Assembly (NCBI GenBank): GCA_964016885.1
Contig: OZ024743.1
Span: 1,426,001-1,490,000, forward strand
Source of the DNA: Eledone cirrhosa
Lineage: Eukaryota
Reading direction: 5' to 3'
DNA length: 64,000 nucleotides
Of the stretch, positions 1-13,379 are shown piece after piece. Each line of letters begins with the position of its first letter. Within the stretch, counting starts at the first letter, position 1. The notes beneath the pieces are model-generated. The model did no database searches. It was not told the DNA's origin and saw nothing but the letters and a program-made list of their open reading frames with translations. The position numbers and the translations under genes were made by a program.

Positions 1-1495
1 CCCACATACCTAGACAAACATTATAATTTTATTGAATTTTCCTAGAAGAATACAATGGTGTGTATCTGTTTCTTTCCTTCAGGTTCTTCTACTAGACATC
101 TTTTCATCTGTAGATAATTCTGAGATTGTACTATAAAGATTCAGAGAAAGAGTGAGCAATATAAGCAGAAAGGTGTTGAGAGAGAGAGGGAGAGAGAGAA
201 GAAAGAAGTAAAATCGTATATATCTTAGAGTATATTATTCTTCATGACTTCCCTTTTATAAGACAAAGCTCTAGTATTTGAGTGAGGTTCGACTGCAATG
301 TCTACTATGTCTAACTATAACATGCAAACGTCTTCGTTGACTTATACAATGAAAGATAGTATAGTAAAATGTAATGTATAATTTCGTTTTGTGTAACACC
401 AAGTCAGCTCCATTTTGGCTATGTGCTATCCTCTCTACTCTTTTAATGCACAACAAGGGCTAAATTATCCAGTGTTTGTGTATTGTTTTGTGACGGTGAA
501 ATTTAATGGAGATTTGGCTGTTATTGTTAGCTTAACTGAGAATCATATAAATATCCCCTTCAGCTATAATATTCCTAAAATTGAACTGACGAAAGAACTT
601 TGAGAACAAATTATATATATATATATTTATAATTTAACTGTTGGTCAATCAATTATAAACATTGATTGCCAGCTAAATTGTTTATAAAACTATAAAGATA
701 TACTGAACTGAATCGAAAACCAAACCAAACAGTGGGCGTGCTTTACTATTTTTGGCAATATTAGGACATGACCCTCCCCAAATATAACAATAAATTGTTT
801 AATGTTTCGCGTAATATTTACGTCTTTAAGATGTCATTTGAAGGACGTTTATCAGTTATCTATCATAGATAATTTATCGATTGGTCCTACCTTTAAACTT
901 TCATATTAATATCCAATATGTTTACAAAGGAAATTATTTGGGGAAGCTTGATTAATGACCCAATATTTGAATTATGCTAATTTTATCAACCCAGGAAAAT
1001 GATCCCCCGCCCCTGTCGATGTAGTAACTAGTAAATAATTTCGTATATAATTTTTTTCCGGTTTCCACTAATATAATTTTGCATTTTGTCTGAGTGTAAA
1101 CGCTTGAACAATTTTAAGCTGAGATGTAAACTGGTCAATCGAATAGCATGCCTGCATATACTAAGACAAAATATATGTATTTGTGTATGAATGTTTAAAA
1201 GAGTGACTTTCACTCATCATCTTTCAAATTATCAATAATGACTATTTTTTAATCATCATTATCTAGATATAAATGGTATCTCTATCGGAAGTTGAGAAAT
1301 CAAAATTATAAGAACTCATATTTTAATAGAAAAGAAAATAACAGTAAACAAATGTTTCAAATGCTTGATCGGAACGACTTACTGAAATTACATCAACTGA
1401 GTAAATTATATCTAAATATATTATATATGATAGAATATATTAACTTAGGATGCATAAATTCAGAACATCAGTCAAACTCTTTATGATATTTACAA

Positions 1496-1568
1496 AAATT
1501 GACCCGTGTAAAAATCATGCATGTGAAAATTTTGGAAAATGTATCTCAACTGGTTTGAATTATACTTG
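1496..1568 (+). pseudogene. Dead EGF-like exon (acceptor AG>AA, 3' truncated)
   Basis: Reads IDPCKNHACENFGKCISTGLNYT, colinear with the other EGF exons. Preceded by tttacAA instead of AG and breaks off into unrelated sequence after ACT TG. Confidence 0.75.
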
Positions 1569-1840
1569 AGAAAGTACTTGCCTCAGTTGTCAGAGGAGAG
1601 TGGCTTTTATGGGATTTTTCCAAGAGTAGCCCTCTCATGTCTCCACACATATGAGGAATATTCTTACTTTGAATTTTATTGCTACGACATCTTCAGCTTT
1701 TCCTTGGCGGTGAACATGTGTGGTCACCAATTATTAGACGCATTTTTCCATTGTTCGTCTCCTTGACAGAGGTGCAGTCCGGTGTCAACTCAAGGCTGCA
1801 AAGCAATGGTGTCTTCTAATATGGTTGACATTTTGACACA

Positions 1841-1871
<31 letters not shown>

Positions 1872-2191
1872 CCTTTTCTATTCCTCTTGTATATATATAT
1901 CGACCCGTCTTCGGATTTTAGTGTTCACATTTATTATTACAATATATATATATATATCCGTCTGTCGTTAACGGCTGAGAGAAAAGAGTACTCAATACCG
2001 AAGTAGAGTGTTAATATTTATTTTTATTAAGGTAAAAGGTGATGACCCTGTGATAAATGATGGGCACAATCATTGTGTTCGACCCATAAGAGTCGAAATT
2101 CTTTACTTTTATTTCACTCGACATTATAGTGTTTGTGTATTCTAAGACAAACGACCTTCTTTGCTTTTGCGAACCAGCCCACATCCTTCAC

Positions 2192-2250
<59 letters not shown>

Positions 2251-2253
<3 letters not shown>

Positions 2254-2430
2254 AACGAGTAGGACCCCGACGGCTGAGCTCAAGCCGTTTCTGTCCAGAA
2301 TTAGCCGTCGAAACGGCTTGAGCTCAGCCGTCGGGGTCCTACTCGTTCCTATTACCCACTCTACTACCCTAAGTATGAGTACTTTGCTGCGTTATGGTCC
2401 ATCTGGTTCCTTACCACATTTCCCTCGTTA
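2251..2430 (+). mobile_element. Short (TA)n-flanked repeat family X with 5' fold-back
   Basis: gccgtcgaaacggcttgagctc...gagtact..cgttatggtccatctggttccttaccac. Other copies at ~8708-8845(-), 10260-10420, 11478-11612, 27400-27522(-), 29465-29535, 31440-31580. Confidence 0.8.
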
Positions 2431-2436
2431 TATATA

Positions 2437-2481
<45 letters not shown>

Positions 2482-2771
2482 GGGATAACAAATTATTGTT
2501 ATAGGTAGTCCACTTAGATGTAGTCCAGTTAGGGTACTCCGAGTAGTGGATACACTCCGAGTAGTTTTACATGTCAATTTCATACATCTGTTTCGTATCA
2601 GCTCGTTTTACATGCTAAAGACATCAGTATACTCTATTTCTTACTTAGATTAATGTTGTGATTATGTTAACTATTTACTAGCTAATTTATTTTAGTATCG
2701 TTACTATTGTTCTGATTTAATGCTACTACTATATATAGAAGCCATGCCAGTGTATTTCCTTCATTCTCGTA

Positions 2772-2879
2772 TGCTCTGACGAATAGACTGGTTATAACAA
2801 AGTATTGGTGATCGATCGACGCAAAAACAGGCGGGTAGCGATCTCTAGACCTACCAGTTCAGAGAAACAATTGTCAGCA
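2772..2879 (+). ncRNA. Type I hammerhead ribozyme motif
   Basis: tgct CTGACGA [long stem II] GAAA caattg TC agca. Confidence 0.7.
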
Positions 2880-2933
2880 ATGTGAATAAAGCCCTTATTG
2901 TATAGCAAACCATGTCACTCTTCTTTCTTGATT

Positions 2934-3071
<138 letters not shown>

Positions 3072-3097
3072 AAATGTGTGTAATCCTTGGTACAGTT

Positions 3098-3590
3098 ATG
3101 TATATTAAGACAGGGGGGGAAGAAAAAATGGCTTCACTTGTGCTTTCAACAAATTTATTTTCTTCACAAAATCCAAAAAGAATTTTTTTCCGGATTAGAA
3201 AAAAAATTTTTTTCTTAAAAAAAATTATTTTATAAATTAAGTTAGGTCTTAGGAGTTCTTGGTTAACGTAGGAGGTATTGTTTCGTTTTTAGAACGACCT
3301 TTCACGCTGAGGTGCGCTTGTCAAACTGATGTGTATGTGGTGTGTTGTTCTATATATAGGGATTTAACATGTCTGTGGTGTGGTGGGGGGGGTTCTCCCC
3401 CTTTTAATAAGTGTAATACCTCCTAGGTTAACCAAGAACTCCTAAGACCTAACTTAATTTATAAAATAATTTTTTTTAAGAAAAAACATTTTTTTCTAAT
3501 CCGGAAAAAAATTCTTTTTGGATTTTGTGAAGAAAATAAATTTGTTGAAAGCACAAGTGAAGCCATTTTTTCTTCCCCCCTGTCTTAATA
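3098..3590. repeat. Inverted repeat, ~180-bp arms, in (TA)n
   Basis: ~3103-3280 is the reverse complement of ~3415-3590. Confidence 0.9.
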
Positions 3591-3611
3591 TATATATATA
3601 CATATATATAT

Positions 3612-3796
3612 ATTGTTTCTACATTTGGCACAAGGCCAGCAATTACCCAGTACATTACTGGTACTTTATTTTATCGACCCCGTAAGGATGAAAGGCAAAG
3701 TTAACCTCGGCGGGATTTGAACTCAGACTGTAAAGGGACGTAACTATGCTAGAAAGCATGGCGTCCAACCCTCTACCGATACTACCAATTCACCGT

Positions 3797-3798
<2 letters not shown>
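3612..3798 (-). mobile_element. SINE family A copy
   Basis: Reverse complement of 25287-25475. Confidence 0.9.
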
Positions 3799-3846
<48 letters not shown>

Positions 3847-4407
3847 CTATATATATATATGTAAACCTTTATATTTAATAATCTCCCGTTAGGTTGAGAT
3901 TCAATTTGGCGATATTTGGCTGCGCTTTCTAGCAGCAAGCCTACCCGCCGTAAGCAACCAATCACATTCTTTCTAGCTTGACCACAGCCACATAGCGATT
4001 CTTACCCATTTTTTAATCTAATTTTGGCGCGTTCGGGTTAGAAAACTAGATGTCTGATTTTGAGTTTGTCTCAAGACATTCCTATTATTTGGATGTCTAA
4101 AAATACGGATGAAACCATGGTAGAGATATAATAACGGTATGTACACATTTCTTCTAAGTTTAGTTTTACACCTAATTGTGTATGGTTAATGATATATTTA
4201 GTCAGTTTCTACATGCTGTCGAAATGTTGGATAAATAATCTACAGGGGCCAGCACGAAGAGGCCACTTTCGATTATTTGTCGGAGATTTCTTCATAAGAG
4301 CCTTTCTTCTTATAGCTTGGTCTAATTGATTTTTTGTATGGTTAATTATGCTAATTAGAAGAGGAAATAGTATATATTTTATCTAATAATTCTAAGGACA
4401 TGATTTA

Positions 4408-4496
<89 letters not shown>

Positions 4497-5163
4497 AGAT
4501 ATTATTATTATTATTATAGTAATAGATAGATAAATAGATATAAATATATAGATATATAGACATACATATAGATGCAATGAAAATTCAGCAATTTAAATGT
4601 AATCAAAACATGAAATACCAAACTTTAATGTTATATATCTGTGTATATATGTGTATATAACCTATTTATCATATATATTTTATTATTGATGTTATTGTTT
4701 TGATTATACGCTATTTCTCTATATATAACTTGCCTTGAGCGAATTATTTTTGTATTAGATGAGTTGGTCGAAGTAAATAGTGAAATGGAGATTGAGTGAC
4801 GCAACTTCGAGCAATTGGGGATCTCTAGACTCACGTGATCAATGAAAGAATTGTCAATACATGAAATAAAGCCCCTTGTTGTACAGCCAACCATCTTGTT
4901 CTTCATTCTTTCACTCTTATTTCTCCCAGTATAACCTACATAGGAATTGCCGCGAACTCGCTGCCTAACTATGGAAACGTCTTGTTGAGTTAAACAAAGC
5001 CGTACGTTAAAACTATCCATGACGGAGAGTCTCACAACCTCTGAATGGATTACCTATAACGATAACTTATTACCCCATATATATACATATATATATATAT
5101 ACTCATATATGTATATCAATATATATATATATAAATATATATATAAATATATATATATATATC

Positions 5164-5262
<99 letters not shown>

Positions 5263-5350
5263 CGATAGATAGAAGGCTAAATACATATATATATATAGAT
5301 ATAAAAATAGATATACATATATACGTGTTTCGATCGAAACTTTTTTGCAG

Positions 5351-5464
5351 AAATTAATACCTGCAAAGATAATCCTTGTGAAAATGGAGGCAAGTGCCAC
5401 AACGACGGGACCCAGTTCAATTGTACGTGTCCAAGTAGCTTTGAAGGCAAAACCTGTTCCCAAC
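5351..5464 (+). CDS. EGF-like exon of EGF/VWA matrix protein gene
   Basis: ttttttgcAG | [37 protein letters not shown] | GTatgt; 114 bp, phase 1-1, six Cys. Confidence 0.92.
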
Positions 5465-5709
5465 GTATGTATATTTATCCTCAAACTGATCCCTCTCCTT
5501 CTTCATCATATTTCTCTCTTTTTCACGCCAGTAATTTTCTTTTCAATTATTTCCCTCCTGTATATTGTTATAGTTGAAATGTAAACTTGCTGAGTAATTT
5601 ATGTAATTTGCTTTTGTTTTAAAATGATATCCTATATCATTTTAATTTTAATTTAATTAGCATCCGTGAGAATAATATTTTCAGGATTAAGATGTTATTT
5701 TTTCCGCAG

Positions 5710-5823
5710 AGATTGATCCCTGCAAAAGCAATCCCTGTGAGAATTCTGGAGAATGTTATAGTAAAGGACGTGAGCACATTTGTGTTTGCTCTACTGGATA
5801 TGAAGGCAACAATTGTTCAGAAG
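5710..5823 (+). CDS. EGF-like exon
   Basis: tttccgcAG | IDPCKSNPCENSGECYSKGREHICVCSTGYEGNNCSE | GTatat; 114 bp, phase 1-1. Confidence 0.92.
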
Positions 5824-6134
5824 GTATATATGATCATTTTTAGATATAGTATATTCTTCACTGCTTCGTTGCAGAGTAAAGGGTTGTTAATGTTAGGTTT
5901 AGAAATAGCATACGATATAATATTCAATCAATATTCTGTGTGTAAATATTTGATTTGCTACACCTTCATCCCATTTCGAATCCACCGAGATGTAGGTACG
6001 TATGTATGTTTGCAGGTATGTATGTATATAGGTATGTATATAGGTATGCATGTATGTATGTATGTGTTTATGTATGTATTTATTTATGGATATAGGTATG
6101 CATGTATGCGTGTATGTATGTATGTGTTTACCTG

Positions 6135-6445
6135 GGAGTGAAAGGCCCCCAGTTGTTGTCACAACACCTTTCTAGGAGAGGGAAACTCTGAAAAAAACCT
6201 GTGCCCTGGGAAGCATCCGATGATGTTGACCAGTTCTCCTTTTCGGGTAGTGTTTTCGATGCTCAGAGAGTAGGATTAGTCAAGTGCAAGGCCTTTCCCC
6301 ACTTAAAAAGCCTTCAAAGCACAGGCATTGCTTCTTCATGATATGTTACAGGTTCGTGTGGCTGGCCGGAGCCTAAAAGTGCCCCATTTTCTGTATTCTG
6401 ACAAGCGATTGCAATATTCTTAGCAGAGTTTGCAGCCATCCTGTA
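6135..6445 (+). mobile_element. 5'-truncated copy of RTE-tailed retroposon
   Basis: ctaggagagggaaactctga...gatgatgttgac shared with 10737-10800; ends gcagccatc + tatg-like tail; preceded by (TATG)n. Confidence 0.55.
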
Positions 6446-7039
6446 TGTTGGTATGTAGGTAGGTAGGTAAGCATGTATGTGTGCGAGTGTATGTAATGTG
6501 CTAGTTCTAAAACGGCGTGATTCAAAATACATGCCTATATTAACCGAACCTTTTCGGGTTGATGTACACTGTATATCAGTATTCCTGTTTCGTCTTGTGT
6601 ATTCGTTGCATGTATGACGCCCCGAAGTTTCAATTATCGATAAGCAACAAAAATATTGACTAGTTATCATTTAACGTTTTACATACTTTATATTGACGTA
6701 AAGAATTGTGTTTTAAGATTCACAGATGTGAAAATTGATAAGGGATTTGTTTTAAGTATGTTGTATAGAATCATATCTCAGTTGGCAATGGAAATTCAAA
6801 TCAGTGAAATAGCAGACTTATAATGTTTATAATATATGATTTTCAAAGTCGTTAACTATTAAGGGTGAAAGCAGCGTTACTTTGCTTAAACTTTAATCTG
6901 TTATTTTAATAAATATTTGCTCTACGGTTCTTATATATTTGATATATATTTATCCTTATCGAGCCCGCTTTGGATTTTAGTCTTCAAATTTATTATTATT
7001 ACTATATATATATATATGTGTGTGTGTCTGTGTGTGTCT

Positions 7040-7420
7040 GATGGTAGCTATGATGCTTCCACGGGCGGTATGCCGGTTGAGCACTCTATGATCTTACAGA
7101 GAAGAGTATGATAGAATAGAAAACGAAAAATTAGTGATGCATCTGAACTCAATTTATTGTGTGTTACAATTGTTTCGCCGGCAGACAGCTCGAGACGCGA
7201 TCATTGTGTGGATCTGTCTGATTCTGGAACCGCATGTTTGACGAACACGTCTCGAGCTGTCCGCCGGCGAAACAATTGTAACACACAATAAATTGAGTTC
7301 AAATGCATCACTAATTTTTCGTTTTCTATTCTATCATACTCTTCTCTGTAAGATCATAGAGTGCTTTACCGGCATACCGCCTGTAGAAGCATCATAGCTA
7401 CCATCATAGCTACCATTTTC
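7040..7420. mobile_element. Fold-back repeat family Y
   Basis: Inverted arms ~7040-7200 and ~7250-7405. Related copies at 17305-17590, 18975-19200 with 20270-20360, 25553-25855 and 45840-46195. Confidence 0.8.
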
Positions 7421-7421
7421 T

Positions 7422-7467
<46 letters not shown>

Positions 7468-7474
<7 letters not shown>

Positions 7475-7817
7475 GTGAGGTTTTTTTTACAAAATGAAAA
7501 ATAACCGAGGTGTCCTACACGTGTGAAAGTATAAAGAAAAAGAGATGAAATCGAAAATGCAACTGGAGTCTTATTTTTTTTTAAATATATATATTTATTT
7601 GGTTCCTTTACCGGTTTCGCAGTTCTTCTGCTTTTCAAAAGGCAAGTTGAGATGGAGGGTCTGTGGGTTTTCTCACAGAAAAACCACAGACCCTCCATCT
7701 CAACTCACCTTTTGAAAAGCAGAAGAACTGCGAAACCGGTAAAGGAACCAAATAAATATATATATTTTTTAAAAAATAAGACTCCAGTTGCATTTTCGAT
7801 TTCATCTCTTTTTCTTT
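7468..7817. repeat. Palindrome, ~145-bp arms, in (TA)n; single-arm relative at 33128-33367
   Basis: Reverse-complement arms centred near 7678. Confidence 0.9.
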
Positions 7818-7849
7818 ATATATATATATATATATCATTCATATAAATG

Positions 7850-7899
<50 letters not shown>

Positions 7900-7930
7900 T
7901 ATATGCGTTTACGATTGAAATTTTTGGCAG

Positions 7931-8044
7931 AAATTAATACCTGCAAAGATAATCCTTGTGAAAATGGAGGCAAGTGCCACAACGACGGGACCCAGTTCAA
8001 TTGTACGTGTCCAAGTAGCTTTGAAGGCAAAACCTGTTCCCAAC
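7931..8044 (+). CDS. EGF-like exon (duplicate of 5351-5464)
   Basis: Same sequence as 5351-5464 at offset 2580; AG/GT intact. Confidence 0.9.
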
Positions 8045-8289
8045 GTATGTATATTTATCCTCAAACTGATCCCTCTCCTTCTTCATCATATTTCTCTCTT
8101 TTTCACGCCAGTAATTTTCTTTTCAATTATTTCCCTCGTGTATATTGTTATAGTTGAAATGTAAACTTGCTGAGTAATTTATGTAATTTGCTTTTGTTTT
8201 AAAATGATATCCTATATCATTTTAATTTTAATTTGATTAGCATTCATGAGAATAATATTTTCAGGATTAAGATGTTATTTTTTCTGCAG

Positions 8290-8403
8290 AGATGGATCCC
8301 TGCAAAAGCAATCCCTGTGAGAATTCTGGAGAATGTTATAGTAAAGGACGTGAGCACATTTGTGTTTGCCCTACTGGATATGAAGGCAACAATTGTTCAG
8401 AAG
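8290..8403 (+). CDS. EGF-like exon (duplicate of 5710-5823)
   Basis: MDPCKSNPCENSGECYSKGREHICVCPTGYEGNNCSE; two substitutions versus the first copy; AG/GT intact. Confidence 0.9.
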
Positions 8404-8613
8404 GTATATATGATCATTTTGCGATACAATATATTTTACTGCTTTGTCACATTGTGAAGAGCTTTTAATATTTAACAATGAAAATTCAGCAATTTAAATG
8501 TAATCAAAACCTAGTCTGTGAAATAGCAAACATGTAATGTTTTAAATATATGATTTTAAAAAACATTAGCTATTATGAATTCTAAAACATCAATGACATA
8601 TTATTTTCACATT

Positions 8614-8644
<31 letters not shown>

Positions 8645-8646
8645 AC

Positions 8647-8708
<62 letters not shown>

Positions 8709-9059
8709 CAGAGAAAGTGTAGTAAGTGACCAGGTGGACCATAACGCACCAGAGTACTCGATACTTAGAGTAGTAGAGTGGGTGCGTCAGGACCCCAATG
8801 GCTGAGCTCCGGCCGTTTCGACAGCTAGATCCTAACTGTTCGGATATATATATATATAAAAACAACATAAATATATCCTAATATTAAAGTTAAAACTGTA
8901 CACACACATCCACACACACATATATATGTGGGATGTGTCCATATATGTGTATGCATATGGATGTTTAGCTAATTAAATCTATTCGCTAATTAAATTTAAC
9001 TATATTCAATGTAATAACATTTGTTTGTGTATGTTTCTTTTCTCTTTATTAAATTTCAG

Positions 9060-9173
9060 GCGCAGATCCATGCAAAAGTAGTCCATGTAAAAATGGAGGA
9101 ACATGTACACACGACTTTACTACATATAATTGCACGTGTGTACTCGGATATGACGGTCCTGATTGTTCAAAAG
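9060..9173 (+). CDS. EGF-like exon
   Basis: tttcAG | ADPCKSSPCKNGGTCTHDFTTYNCTCVLGYDGPDCSK | GTacgt; 114 bp. Confidence 0.92.
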
Positions 9174-10439
9174 GTACGTAATATTTATATCTCTTCATGC
9201 TGCGTATTTTAGAATGGAGGATGAAATGATACAAATGATACGAGTCTCTCGGCTACAAAGTTCTGTGCCGGAGCCCACAATACAGAGGATAGGAAATTGC
9301 TTCTATATTTCTTCAGATAAGCTTACAATATTTTTGGTTGCAGAAATATCATTTCATGGTCAGTGCTAAAAGCTAACATCATGCTATGAATACACTTGTA
9401 CCACAAATATTTGTTTTTAATGTTGTAGTAATGCTGCACTTTGTGTCTTGTACTAGTATATATATTATAATTTCTCATTATAACTGATATCCTTCTTGTT
9501 GTTATAGTGTGAAGCTCGGTCACTCTTTTATTGTCCAGTTTACATACCGCTAATTAAAATGTTAGCTTCTATATGCTAACGTGACCTTTAACTCTGTGAC
9601 AATAAACGAAGAGACCTGATGAGGTTACTATCTGGTCCCTATATATGTGTGCGTGTGTGTGCCACGCGTTCATGTGTGGAATTTAGATAGATAGTCTGAT
9701 AATGACATACGGCTATACAAATGGAACTTTTTATGTGAAAATACTCTAAACTTAATAAGCATTTGACTGAATTTAAACGAGCAACTTTCTTTAACCTTGT
9801 ACTAGTATTCTTTAGCCCATTTTTCTATTATACGGCCCCGTTAATCATGGATTACATGTCAGTTGAAACGATGGGTATTTCAGTTTTTCGATTAATGAAA
9901 CTACATATCCATTAAATTATTGAGTAAGACCCTCACGGATTCCATTGGTACATGTGCCATTATAAGTAATCATCGAGCAAGCTGAAGGCAACACAGCGTG
10001 TGACCAGAATTTTCTATAGATTATGTTAGACTATGGCATAAAGTATTTCCCCATGGTGAGGAGAGTAGTATCAAAACCTAAAATTCATAATTGCGATGCG
10101 AAATTCTCAACAATTCGTCCATCTCTAGAAATATGAAACGCATGTATATAAATTCCCATACAGATATATGCCTGTGTCCATGCGCGCGCACGCACACACA
10201 CACATATATATATATATATGTATATATATATCTATATATATATCTATGTATATATATATGAGAAAGTATGACCCCGACGGCAGAGCTCAAGCCGTTTCGA
10301 CGGCTAATTCTGGACTCAGTCGACGGCTATTTCTGTATTTCAGTCCAGAAATAGCCGTCGAAACGGCTTGAGCTCTGCCGTCGGAGTCATACTTTCTCCT
10401 ATTACCCACTCTACTACCCTAAGTGTGTGTGTATATATA

Positions 10440-10499
<60 letters not shown>

Positions 10500-11050
10500 G
10501 TCAGGTCACCAGTTGGTGCTACTGGTAACATGTATTCCAGTACAACCTGTCTCATGGTCGGGTCGTTGGCGACTAAACTGGCAACCCCACCAAGGTTTCT
10601 TGGTGAGGAGGGTGACTTTGGACATCCTGCAGGACTAAACCAAAACCTGTCAAAAGGGCAAAGGTGCTCTTAAGAGTCAATGGCCATCCAAAATCACCGG
10701 GAGAGATGACCCCTTAGCCTTTGTCAAGGCAGAATTCTAGGAGAAGGAAAACTCTGATAAAACACCTGCAACCCTGATGGTATCCAATGATGTTGACTTT
10801 TTGGTAAATATCGTCTTGGTTAAGAGAGTGGGACTGGCTTTGTGCAGTGCCTTTGCTCACTATAAAAGCTTCGCGGCACGGGCATTGCCCAGAACTATGT
10901 GTCAATAATTGTCACAGGCGTAGTGTTTGTACCAGAGTTTTCAAGTTGCTGGCTGGACTAAAAAGCCACACTCGTTCAGCGCATCGGTAGGGGTTCTCCT
11001 ACATGGATATAAAGTAGTCGCCGTACTCGAAAACGCGTTGGCAGCCACCA
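10500..11050 (+). mobile_element. Same non-coding RTE-tailed retroposon family
   Basis: gtcaggtc...ggtaacatgt..ccagtacaacctgt 5' block shared with the 24050 end; ends ggcagccacca. Confidence 0.6.
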
Positions 11051-11110
11051 TATATATATATATATTAAAATATAAATATTAATAAAATAGATGTTCTTTT
11101 GATCAATTAC

Positions 11111-11163
11111 ATTTTATTATACATATTTCGGATGTACAACACTACGTCCTCATCAGACAAAAT
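11111..11163 (-). ncRNA. Type I hammerhead ribozyme motif
   Basis: attttgt CTGATGA ggacgta..tacatcc GAAA tatgta TA ataaaat. Confidence 0.75.
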
Positions 11164-11616
11164 ATAATGATACATGACATACCCTGAGATGTTAAATGGT
11201 TAAGATTTAATCAAGGTAGTGATTAACCTAAGAGAAAATTTAACATATATCCCCTAATTATGAGAAAGTGCGAAAACGTAATAAATTCAATAGAGAATGT
11301 GTGAATAAGAAAAACGTTGCTTAATGTTATAGAGATTTTAAAACAATATATCTAGGAAAACATCTCATGAATCATAACAGCCAGTGATAGCCCCTGGAAA
11401 AGGATTTATAAAGAGGGAAAACTCCTTCTTTGACATACTCATTGAATATTGTTTAACATTTTAATATATATATATATCCAGAAATAGCCGTCGAAACGGC
11501 TTGAGCTCTGCCGTCAGTGTCATACTTTTTCCTATTTCCCACTCTACTACCCTAAGTATTGAGTACTCTGGTGCGTTATGGTCCATCTGGTTCCTTACCA
11601 CATTTCCTTTGTTATA

Positions 11617-11729
<113 letters not shown>

Positions 11730-11798
11730 CTATATATATATATATATTTATATATATCTATATATATATATATATTTATATATATCTATATATATATA

Positions 11799-11829
<31 letters not shown>

Positions 11830-11831
11830 AG

Positions 11832-11904
<73 letters not shown>

Positions 11905-12517
11905 GAGAGAGAGAGAGAGAATATGAAAAAGCGAAGTAGTTAACCTCTAGAGGTTGATGGTCAATTCTACTGTCCATGCTTAATGTAGGGTGGTATTGAG
12001 ACCTATTGATACTCATACTCTCCCAACCCCACTAGCTTTCGGCTGACTGCCACTGGTGGGGTGGCTAGCAGTAAGCTATATATTACAAGCCTGAATAGGT
12101 CATTGTTTGGTTGAGAGGGGGGACTGCCTAGGCGAATTTCGTTGAACTCTGCGGTACCTGATTGTCAACTTCCTTCGGACCTGCGCCTGTGCAGACCGGT
12201 GGGAGTGAATTGGTACTCACAAGGGAACGGACGAAGAACCCAAGAGCACACACTTCGTCCGTTCCCATGTCGATTCAATTTGGATGCCACGGAAACATAA
12301 CCTTATTATGTAACAAGCTGTCTGACGATGTTGCGGCACTGGCGCACGGAACAGTGTGGCCACTGTCGCCATTGAAATATGTATCACAGCATTATTATTA
12401 AAGGACTTGAACATCTGAAACTACTTCGCTTTTCCTTATTCGATTTTTACTCCGTCACTCCTATGTGGAATATGTACGTTGAGTGCTGGAATTGAATTGC
12501 ATCAATCTTTACCTTAA

Positions 12518-12634
<117 letters not shown>

Positions 12635-12751
12635 TGCGGAAAGTGAGAGAGATTGCGAGGGTTTGAGAATCTTACATATTACACATATCTATGTATCATT
12701 GTATGTAACTATATGCTTATAATATATATATATATTTGTCTATATTTACGG

Positions 12752-12865
12752 AAGTTAATCCATGTGCAAATAGTCCATGTAAAAACGGAGGGACATGCTT
12801 CAGAAATGCAGAAAAATACCTTTGCGACTGCACAGATGATTATGAAAGTGTAAACTGCAGTGTAG
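12752..12865 (+). CDS. EGF-like exon with non-canonical (GG) acceptor
   Basis: VNPCANSPCKNGGTCFRNAEKYLCDCTDDYESVNCSV | GTgagt. Homologous acceptor position reads GG; an in-frame AG lies 3 nt downstream. Confidence 0.82.
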
Positions 12866-13379
12866 GTGAGTGGACATAAGAACCAAATAAGTACACTAAG
12901 AGTTGTGTTGTAAAGATATATTTTATTACATTTCAACAAATGTATTTTTATAAACGTATACTGATTAGGATTTGCGGTGAATGACCTGAACTGGTTTCTT
13001 GGTGATCGTTTGATATCAATAACAATTGTGTTGAATGTTTCATGTAATTAATACCTGAGACAAGTAGAAAAATCATCACATAGAGAGTACTGTTTTTTAT
13101 GGGGAGGAATGGTGCTTGGATTGTGAAGCAAGACAGGAACCATGGTAGTTCGAAAGTTTTCCATAGAAAATTCTTTTAAAAGGGATGGGGGGAACAACAG
13201 AGAAACGTAAATCAAAAACAAGAAATTATAGAAAATATAGAAAATTATAGAACATTGATAGTATCATAATCAGACCTAAAATTCCAAACGGGGAGAACCA
13301 TGAAAAAAGGGGCCCCAAAACGGGGAGATTTTACATAATGACAGCTATACCCATTTTCACAAGAGAAGACATCTTTCAC

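Noticed and set aside
2034-2112. Hammerhead-like motifs here and at ~4751-4861, 35060 and 42120-42155
   Set aside because: Core bases mutated (GTGATGA, AGATGA, GAAG); at best decayed copies, so not called.
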